From a virus (lineage: Duplodnaviria > Caudoviricetes): a DNA stretch of 36,486 bases. Position numbers and translations under genes: made by a program. Positions 8,921 to 18,000 of the stretch are shown here, one piece after another; position 1 is the stretch's first letter, and the number at the start of each line of letters is the position of its first letter. The notes under the pieces are model-generated. The model was given only the letters and a program-made list of their open reading frames with translations, did no database searches and had not been told where the DNA came from. The stretch covers positions 1 through 36,486 of the IMG/VR virus record IMGVR_UViG_3300013126_000103, one strand, 5' to 3'.

Positions 8921-8934
8921 TATAAATATAAATA
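8921..8934 (-). promoter_or_regulatory. Tandem TATTTATA motif (putative phage promoter)
   Basis: Two overlapping copies, 11 nt upstream of the ATG at 8909. Confidence 0.55.
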
Positions 8935-8956
8935 TCCCGTATATTATTAATGTTTC

Positions 8957-11900
8957 TTATTTTATTCTAAAATATAGAACATCTCCCTCTGTGATACGTA
9001 AATTCTCCATTAATTTGTTTGATAGTGCAATACCATAACCATCAATAAACGGCCCAATATTAACAGGTCCCGAAACGTTTAGTGTTTCAACCCTCCTATC
9101 TATGTCATAAATTGGGCTAACTTGAAACGTTTTACTGTTATTGGGGTTAAGGAATTCGGTGGTACCGGTTATGATTTTATCCGCAGTTATACTATTTGTA
9201 AACTGAAACTTTGTTGAATAAAAATTATGTGAATTTGACAATACGTTTAGTTCTGACCATTTCAATCCCGTTTCACCATCAGAATTAACATTAGCAGTAT
9301 TTTTTAATCTGGTTAACAAAGACATATGTGTTGTGTCCGGTATTGTGTAAATTTTTGATTCCATACCCATTCTAACAACTACAGATCTAAACCATTCACC
9401 AGTATTTTTATATTTTACTTTCTGAATAAACTTCTCATTACCATAACCATTATATGGAATACCGAATTCACTGATACCAGCACTTTGAACTAGTTCCTCT
9501 CCATTAATTGTTGTTTTACCTAAATCAGTTATAAAATTACCCTCAGGTGTTCTAATTACTTGTTCGGTTGTACCTGTTGTATTTGCGGCTTCTTCTCTCT
9601 TAACAATTGCTCGTGCTGCATTTGTTATTTTGTCTAAAAGTGACTTATAACTTGATACGAATGAATCTTCTGGATCGGGTAAAGCCGCAACCGGTATTCT
9701 TGTTCCTTTAAAACTGGTTTCAATATTATTATTTCTTATGTTATGACTAACTTCAGTAATCCAGTATGTACCTCTAAACATAGGAATGTTTTTAAGGTAA
9801 AAATACATTGTTGGTTGTATCATAACATTACCCATACAAGTTACATCACATGAATATGATGCTTGTTTATAATAATCAAAAAGACTTACATCCACATTGT
9901 ATGTACCTGCACCCGATTCTGACCTCGCTAAGTTTTCTAACACAACAAAAGATTCTGATGTATTTCTAAGTGTGGTTTGGTCAAGTGTAACTCCTTTAAA
10001 AATATTTTGATATTGGTCACCAAAACTAACCTCAAAAGCAACTACTTTATTGGATTTATTTAATTGGTCAATATCATACAATTCGGGTAGAGTTATGATT
10101 AACGGATTTTTATTTCTGTTTGAAATATCAAAACTATCATCGTTAAATTTATTGAAATTTTTGTCTCCGTCCGCATAGTGTTTAGATGATGGTCCAACAA
10201 ACTGAACAATTATTTTAGGTGACGATTCTTCATAATCGACATCTAAAAATGTTCCAAATAAATTTTCTGCAACCTTTTTAGATGGTGTGATTTTTGATCT
10301 ATTTGATATATTTGTTCCATAAAAGTTTACATATGCGGGTAACGCCCTCATGTCAAATCCACTATCTTTTAATAACATGGAAATTGTTGAGTAGAGGTTT
10401 GCTTTATTATTTTTTTCATTTGTTAATCCAACAAATTTGCTTATGTTCAAATATGCCTTACTACCGATGTCCCTATTTGCTCTATCTAAAAATAAAAACT
10501 CTTCAAATAATAGTCTTTGTCCCAATGAATTACCCGCAACCCATTTATCATTAAATGATTTAAAAGTATTATAAAGTTCTACCTTAATTTGTCTGTTATT
10601 ATACCCATCCACAAAATCTATACTTGCATTATTTTTTTCTATTTTTAAACCAGAAAATTTACTTATTAATTGTAATAGAAATAGATTAAGTCTATTATTA
10701 GCACCACCAGGTATTAACGTAGTACTGGCTTTGTCCAAAATGTTATTTTTCAAATAGTTTGAAAAGTCGGTTCTATTATTGGTTCCACCATTTTTTATAT
10801 AACCACCATATATTAATACTAAAGGTCTGAATAATAAAATATTTTCTTCATTTAATGCAATGTCTGATATACTGAAAAATTCCAAATAGGTAACTCCTGT
10901 ATCAGGATTCTCACCCACATATAATTCAAGATATTTGGTGTTTCCGCTTTGAGATGCAAAGTTATATTCACCAAAAGGTAATGTGTTATTTACGTAATTG
11001 TCTAATACATATGAATCAAGTTCTTTAGGGTTTCCAAATGTAACTTTTAACATGTTTCTCTCACTACATATTAATTCCGATATTTCCGCTAATTTTTTAC
11101 TTTGTTTGTTTCCAATTTTTATAATAGTCTCTTCTATACTTCCATCACTTGATTCTTTTTTTACAGTTACTATTTCTTTTAATAATTGTTGAAAATTATC
11201 AAATACCACATTCTCAAATTTCTTGATGGGGTTTTCAACTTCAACAAGTTCAGAACTAAATTGTAAAAAGATATCCTCAAATTCGTCAAGTATTTGTGGA
11301 CTAAAAGTTGCAATTAAATCATATATCTTTTCTTGGTCGTTGGATAATTGTAATATATCTCCTCCGGCCTTTATGTTATATTCTGATGGTGATGTAAATG
11401 TTTTACCACTATAAGTTTCCTCAACATATTCGGTTTTCCAAACTAATCTAAAATTGAATTGTTCGGATGTACTAAAATCAAAATCAGATGGTTCAATACC
11501 ATTTACTTTAGATTTTAAATTTATTGCAGGATTAAATCCATCACATGGTAATATTGTATATGTTAAATCATTTGGTGTAAATTTTGAATTGTCTACATAT
11601 TGTGTCCAATAATTTAAACCATTTTCTCTTTGTCTATATTTTAAATTTATTACATTATTTGATACGTTGGTTTCAAATGATGTCTTACCTGAGGATACTA
11701 CAAAATGATTGTAACCATTAATTATTTGGTGATATATCGCATCATAGTATGGATGTATACCAACATCTTTACCTAAAGCATGTGAAACTGTTTGACCCGA
11801 TAATTGGTATATATTTAAACTTGAACTAATAGATGGTATATCAAAGAATTGTTGTCCGTTTATGTTTGTGGTTGTAGTATTTGTATTAGATGTTATAAAT

Positions 11901-14785
11901 CCATTTAAAATATCAATACCTTCTAATTTTTTCTTTTTATATCTGTGATATATTGATCCCCACTTAACAATCAGATGATATGGGATATAATGTGTCGCAC
12001 CGATTTCTCTAAAAATTGATGATAATCTTTTTGGTGAAAGTAAGTTTACTGTTGATTCATTTATAGTTTTACCCTCTGCCCTAACAAATCCAATCTCATC
12101 TCTTAAATCAAAATAAGGTAACGTATTTAATAACAAGTAAGCAGATCCAGCATATTTTCCGAAAGATGTTGTTTTGTTAAAATCACTATATAATTGTTTA
12201 TGAAAATATGGTGTATTCAATATGTGAGTAAAGTTATCACCAATTGTAAATTCTTGTGTAAACAAATTGAATACTTCATCAAGAGGTCTATACAATGGTT
12301 TTACCCAATTATAAATGTTAAATGGTGTTGTTATAAAATCATCTGTATCTGTACTTAGTTTAAAAACACCTTTAAATTTAAATTCGTCATCATTAAAACT
12401 ACTTTTATTGATATAGGACAAATATTTGGTCGAATTAAATGGGAATATATTTTTTCTATATTCTTCTGGAGTGTAATTGATTAAATATTTATCTAATTTC
12501 TCATATGGAGTTAAATCAACACTTTTACTTACATCTAAACCCCTATATTGCTCAATTCTAAATGATTTTGCAATTGTCTCTTTTAAGTAGTTTGTTGTCG
12601 GTACCGATTCTTTATAATTTTCATATCTTTCATATGGAGAAAGTTTTTCCATGTATTCCAAAAGTTTATCTTTTGAATTGATATGTGTTTTTAATATATC
12701 TAAAATATCAAGTTCTTCACCCGCAACTTGTTGAATGGTTTTAAATTCAATGTTAGCCAATTCAAGTAAAACACTTGCATCAAAAGAATCAACAAGTGTA
12801 ATCTGTTTTGCTCTTTCATATATCTCATATAAAAAAGAAACGGGAGTTCTATTACCATATGGTAATGTGTCTTGTATTCTAAAGAGTTGACTTATATCGT
12901 TAATTCTTGATTCTTCCTGATTACTTTCAAAGACATATTGAAAATCATTTACACCTCCCTCTCTTTCAACTAATGGGTCTTTAACATTTGTTGATACACC
13001 AATAAATTCTTCAATAAAAGAAACTTCGGGCCATAACAATCCGTTATATGATTGTAATTTATCTTGTAATTCCGGCTCACCAGGATATGCAATTACTCTC
13101 TGTTTATCACCAGGTGTTGTTTTTTTAATTTCCGGCCACGGATAAATCGCTTCACCAACCGACTCATCTGAAAATTTACCAATAAGGTCTTTTCTGTCTT
13201 CTGATACATTAAAAGCATCAAAATGAACATCTTTCATCATTCTTACATAAACCTCTGCGTTTGCTAATACGACAGCAAATAAATTCCTAACAGTTGGTTC
13301 AAACCCAAATCCTTTACTTGGATTTTTTATGATATTATTCATCTGTTTTTCAATCTCTTTTTCAATTTTAGTATTTTGTTCAAAAAATACTTTTTTGATT
13401 GAGTGTATATCTGACATTAATTTGTCAAAATATACATAGTATTTTGATGGGTCATCTTTAATTTTATTATAATAGGTTGTTATTGGTGGTAAAGTGTTTG
13501 ATAATAATCTTGTATTAATAACGATACCAACAGTTTCACCTTTTTCATTTTTCTTTATATTATCGTTAAATGTTTTTTGATGTTTTTTTAATTGTTCTGA
13601 ATAACTTTTAATAATACCCTCTAATGTTCCGTTTTCGGTTGCACCGGTAACATTTTTTAAATCAAGTTTATCTTTTTCTTTTAAGGCATATCCTCTTATT
13701 AATTCTGAATCAATTGTTTGATCTGTGTATATTGTTAAATCCAAATGTTTATTTTTCCAACCATTAACTGCGATTTCAAAGTTTTTTAAAACTTCTCTAT
13801 ATGCTCTTACTCCATCTAAAACCTCTGGGTCAACGACTTGGTCGAAAATTTGTTGTTCTAATTTTTTATCTAATGTAGAAGCTAACATACAAAGTTCTCT
13901 AAGTGTTTTAACAGGAAAATCTTGTGGTATTAGTTTCTTTTGTTTCATTTCTGAATAAACAGATTTCAATATTTGATACCCTTTGGAAGATTTTAGTGCC
14001 TTCTTTTCGTATAAACCTGTTTTTTCGTTAAATTTTTGTGATCCTTCCACCGTTCTTATGAACATATAAGGTGCATTTAAAATAGCCTTCAATGGAATAT
14101 CATTCATGAAAGCATAAGTAGATCCAACAAATTTAGTTGTTACTTCAAAATTACCTGAACCAGAATTAAATCTTGAACTAAATGAAACTAAATGAAGTCT
14201 GTATCTTATTGCTTTACCATAATATCCTTTAATTGATAAATAAAATATCGGCCATGGTATATGAAAAAACGCTTTGTATGGAGAATTTTCAGGTGAATCA
14301 AATAATGTTTTACCTCTTACATCTATAAAATTTATTGCAACTTGAGGAATAAAATTAGCACCTTTTATTTGTATAGAGATACTTTCGATACCAAACGACT
14401 GTCCCGATCCGTCACTTCTAAAGGGGTCTCCAACAGGATTCCCTTTTTCATCTTTTCTTTGGTTAGTTTCTAAAAACGCGTCTGACCAATTTGATGTGAA
14501 TGCTCTGTTTGATGGGTCAGTTGCATCACCAACTTGTGAGGATAAAAAATTTAGTGTTCCACTTGCAATACTTCTGAGTGAATTTTTGTCACCATCAGAA
14601 GCTAAAGTTGTTCTCGGAATTATATCTGCCTCAAGATTAACATACATAACCATCTTTTCTTGAGACACGTTCCTTGGTTGAACTTGACCATCAACCAATA
14701 CACTATTAGGATCGACGTATATTAAATTATTTTCATCGGTCTTAATTAAAATGTTTTCACTATTCGATAAATCATTGTTCGCCAT
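8957..14785 (-). CDS. Giant baseplate hub-like protein (gpD/gp27/VgrG-like termini with a large insertion)
   Basis: 1942 aa. N-terminal FGIESISI..., F.DVRG..LF and GYYGKA..Y.L; C-terminal hub-like segment YSCDVTCMGNVMIQPTMYFYL...GTYWITEVSHNI...ETSFKG. Lies after a gpX-like gene. Confidence 0.6.
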   Translation of the reverse strand: MANNDLSNSENILIKTDENNLIYVDPNSVLVDGQVQPRNVSQEKMVMYVNLEADIIPRTTLASDGDKNSLRSIASGTLNFLSSQVGDATDPSNRAFTSNWSDAFLETNQRKDEKGNPVGDPFRSDGSGQSFGIESISIQIKGANFIPQVAINFIDVRGKTLFDSPENSPYKAFFHIPWPIFYLSIKGYYGKAIRYRLHLVSFSSRFNSGSGNFEVTTKFVGSTYAFMNDIPLKAILNAPYMFIRTVEGSQKFNEKTGLYEKKALKSSKGYQILKSVYSEMKQKKLIPQDFPVKTLRELCMLASTLDKKLEQQIFDQVVDPEVLDGVRAYREVLKNFEIAVNGWKNKHLDLTIYTDQTIDSELIRGYALKEKDKLDLKNVTGATENGTLEGIIKSYSEQLKKHQKTFNDNIKKNEKGETVGIVINTRLLSNTLPPITTYYNKIKDDPSKYYVYFDKLMSDIHSIKKVFFEQNTKIEKEIEKQMNNIIKNPSKGFGFEPTVRNLFAVVLANAEVYVRMMKDVHFDAFNVSEDRKDLIGKFSDESVGEAIYPWPEIKKTTPGDKQRVIAYPGEPELQDKLQSYNGLLWPEVSFIEEFIGVSTNVKDPLVEREGGVNDFQYVFESNQEESRINDISQLFRIQDTLPYGNRTPVSFLYEIYERAKQITLVDSFDASVLLELANIEFKTIQQVAGEELDILDILKTHINSKDKLLEYMEKLSPYERYENYKESVPTTNYLKETIAKSFRIEQYRGLDVSKSVDLTPYEKLDKYLINYTPEEYRKNIFPFNSTKYLSYINKSSFNDDEFKFKGVFKLSTDTDDFITTPFNIYNWVKPLYRPLDEVFNLFTQEFTIGDNFTHILNTPYFHKQLYSDFNKTTSFGKYAGSAYLLLNTLPYFDLRDEIGFVRAEGKTINESTVNLLSPKRLSSIFREIGATHYIPYHLIVKWGSIYHRYKKKKLEGIDILNGFITSNTNTTTTNINGQQFFDIPSISSSLNIYQLSGQTVSHALGKDVGIHPYYDAIYHQIINGYNHFVVSSGKTSFETNVSNNVINLKYRQRENGLNYWTQYVDNSKFTPNDLTYTILPCDGFNPAINLKSKVNGIEPSDFDFSTSEQFNFRLVWKTEYVEETYSGKTFTSPSEYNIKAGGDILQLSNDQEKIYDLIATFSPQILDEFEDIFLQFSSELVEVENPIKKFENVVFDNFQQLLKEIVTVKKESSDGSIEETIIKIGNKQSKKLAEISELICSERNMLKVTFGNPKELDSYVLDNYVNNTLPFGEYNFASQSGNTKYLELYVGENPDTGVTYLEFFSISDIALNEENILLFRPLVLIYGGYIKNGGTNNRTDFSNYLKNNILDKASTTLIPGGANNRLNLFLLQLISKFSGLKIEKNNASIDFVDGYNNRQIKVELYNTFKSFNDKWVAGNSLGQRLLFEEFLFLDRANRDIGSKAYLNISKFVGLTNEKNNKANLYSTISMLLKDSGFDMRALPAYVNFYGTNISNRSKITPSKKVAENLFGTFLDVDYEESSPKIIVQFVGPSSKHYADGDKNFNKFNDDSFDISNRNKNPLIITLPELYDIDQLNKSNKVVAFEVSFGDQYQNIFKGVTLDQTTLRNTSESFVVLENLARSESGAGTYNVDVSLFDYYKQASYSCDVTCMGNVMIQPTMYFYLKNIPMFRGTYWITEVSHNIRNNNIETSFKGTRIPVAALPDPEDSFVSSYKSLLDKITNAARAIVKREEAANTTGTTEQVIRTPEGNFITDLGKTTINGEELVQSAGISEFGIPYNGYGNEKFIQKVKYKNTGEWFRSVVVRMGMESKIYTIPDTTHMSLLTRLKNTANVNSDGETGLKWSELNVLSNSHNFYSTKFQFTNSITADKIITGTTEFLNPNNSKTFQVSPIYDIDRRVETLNVSGPVNIGPFIDGYGIALSNKLMENLRITEGDVLYFRIK

Positions 14786-15098
14786 AATATAAATTATACA
14801 ACTCTACTCCTCTTTTGTAATCTTGTAAAGTAGTGTTCAAAGGAAATGGTATTCTTAAAATATAGTTATCACCTATTTCAAATTCATTAGTACCCGCTGT
14901 TGGATTAGCTAACATTATCAACCAACCAAAAATTGGTGTATTATAAAACTCTTGTGACAACTTATCTAATCTATCTTTACCTCTTTTGTACTGATGATAT
15001 TTGTCTGTACCTTTTATGGGTATTTCAATACCCGGCACAATTCTGAATTTACCATCATCTACAAAAAACTGATACCTATCAAAATAACTTCTACTCAT
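14772..15098 (-). CDS. Baseplate protein, LysM-like (P2 gpX / T4 gp53-like)
   Basis: 108 aa with DRLDKLSQEFY.....WLIMLANP......I..G..LRIP, a typical gpX/gp53 LysM-like pattern. Confidence 0.75.
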   Translation of the reverse strand: MSRSYFDRYQFFVDDGKFRIVPGIEIPIKGTDKYHQYKRGKDRLDKLSQEFYNTPIFGWLIMLANPTAGTNEFEIGDNYILRIPFPLNTTLQDYKRGVELYNLYYGEQ

Positions 15099-18000
15099 GA
15101 GTTAAAATGGTTTAATTTATTATTTATCGGTTGGGTTTTATTTTTATCTTTTAATTTTTTTACTTCACTTTTAACCGCATCATCTGTTACTTCTGACTCG
15201 GTAGATTTTGTAAATGATATTTCTTTATTATTTTTTCTTTTCTTTAATTTTTTTAACTTGAATTTTTTGTCTTTAATTGAATCTGATATAAAAGAATCGT
15301 ATTTTCTTTCTATTTTATTCATTGTATTAGTATCAAAAATTAAAGTATCTTTCAAAAAAACATTTTTAAAACTTTCCTTATCTGTTTCTTTTAATAATAC
15401 GGATAATAATTCAGAAAGTGTACTCGTAGTAATTGTTGGATTATTGAAGTTTATTGTGGTGTCTAAATCCTCGTATAATTTATTTGTGTTATTTGTAAAA
15501 TGTTCAATACAATTATCATATTCATCATAAATTAAATTGTATGTAAAACCAGATAATTCACATTTAGTTACGGTTGTGGTTCCTGAAATTTTAGCATCAT
15601 ACCCATATTTTACTATGAAGTTCACTTTATCTAACGACTCAATCACTTCATTTCTTTGTTTAATAAAACCATCGTCGCCATTAATTAAAATTTGACACTT
15701 ATCCGTAATTGAATTAATCTTAGTTTCAATTATATTCTTGAAATATGGTTGTAATAATTCGTTTGCTTTATTTTGTTTTGGTGTCGGTAAAACATTATCA
15801 AGACCCATCATTTGACATATATCAGTTGTTGACAATGTCTTCAACATGGATTTTTTTAACTCAGTCACATAATAAGATAATTGTCTATTTTTTGGATATT
15901 CTCCAAACAAATCTATGTTAAGTCCCGCACTTGATGATGTTGTATTATATACATCATACTGTTTTATGTCTCTATAATTCGGATGTAAAATGAAAGAAGA
16001 TATAGATGGACCATATTCTTTTACTATTTCATTATATAGTGATACATATTTTTCAAAGTAAGTTTCGGTTGCTTTATAAACGTTATCCACTAATTCGGTA
16101 TAAACTAATTTTAATTTAGTTGAATCTATTTTACCAATGTAACCCTCCTCAAAATTATCACCTTTATTATCATTTGCTATGTCTTCAATTTTTGAGAATT
16201 TGTCTCTCAGTTTTTCTAAGAATTCTTTTGTAAAATCCTCTCTGTTTTCACCATCAATAGTTTCGGCGGTATTAATTGACCTTTCATCATACATTTCTGT
16301 ATTTGCGTAAAAGTTAGAGGATAATGCGTTTTGTAATCTTTCTACAGGTTTTGATAATCCTTGACCACCAATAAAGTTAACCTGTAGAGATACGTTTGCA
16401 ATCATTGGTTGTACACCAATTCCTTCAGGGTTTAAATCCCATACATTTTCTTCGAATGTTATGTTAACATCTCTAATTATAACTTTAGAATGATAAAAAT
16501 CACCTACCCTTAATATACAAATTGGTGGTGGTCCAAATGAAGTATTTCTCGCATTTAAATCAGAAACATCACTCAATCCCTTAATAGGTATAGTGTCACC
16601 TGGTCTAATACATTGTAATAAGAATGTTAATCTTGAATTAAGACCCTCTGGTGTTGTTGAGTGGAAAGCGGGATGAAAATATTTTAATTTTTCTTTTAAT
16701 GTTTTAAACACCACAGGATCACTTTCTTCTAATTTTTGAAAATAATAACACTCACTAAGTGTTTTCATGATAATCCTCTTCATCAAGTCAATTGGTGGTT
16801 TATTAGATGAAGGAGGTGTTGTTGGTCCGTCTTTTGGTTCCAATCTTGTTTTTATTGTTGGGTCCGGTTCAGGTGTTGATTGTGTTGGTTCCGGTTTCTC
16901 GGTTTTTGTGTATTCAAAAATCACAGTAGATTGTCTACAACCAAATGCAACAGGTGCAACAACTTTTAGAGAAATATCCGATGACCCACCGACACCATAT
17001 TTAAATTCATTCGTTGAGCAGTCTCTTTTTTTATTTGAAGCTAATTCACCAGAACTGATTGTCCTAAAATTTATTTTACCATCGGACTCAGCGTAACCCA
17101 ATTCTTTTAATGTTATTTGTAAATCAAAATTTGTTTGTTGGGTTGCATTTCCACTAAAGGATGACGGCCATTTAGAATCTAAAACACTTTTAGCATCGAC
17201 ATCTTTTTTTATTCTATCTAAAAAATCTAAAATAATACTATATGTTCTTCTGATAGATAATCTAAAGTTATAATTATTATCCGCCAACGCAGAGCAAGAA
17301 GAACCTATCTGAACAGACAAATCTTTTACCAAACCAGCTTCAATGTCGGTTTTTAAAGTTGTAGTTTGTGTTTCATATGTTGTAAAACTAGATTGAGCTT
17401 CAAGAATTTCTGTATTTAAATCATTAGATACTTGTGTTTTATATGTTGAGGTCTCTCCTGTAGGAATGTCCTTTCCAAATAGAATTTTTTTATCATGTAT
17501 TGCATTTGCGGTATTATAAGTCGTGGTTCCTGATAATATATCATTTAACACAATATCTAAGCTGTTAGTAGTATCATTCAACCATCCACTGTAACCAATT
17601 GATGTGTTATATTCAGTCGTATATTTTGCACCTTTAAATTGGTCAGAACCAACTACCTTAGGTTTATCATTTGCAAAGTTTAAACTTACAGTAAGTTTTT
17701 CTTTTTTACTATTATCTTTTAAAACTGGTGGTTCTTTTTTTGGAACATCTCCTGTTGTAACGCTTTTATATTCTTGAATTCTATCGGGGTCCTTTTTACC
17801 ATCTAAATAATCAGTGATAGACTTAGCATCATCCGGTGTTATTTCCGCATATCTTCTTATTAAATCATAAAAATCTATTTCCTCACAACCCGCAAAAAAT
17901 GCATTTATATAATTTTCGGACTCTTCGTCTGACATTCCTTTAAAATGTTCTCTTACTAAAAGATTTAATACACTTGGGTGGTCAACAACCACTTTAAAAG

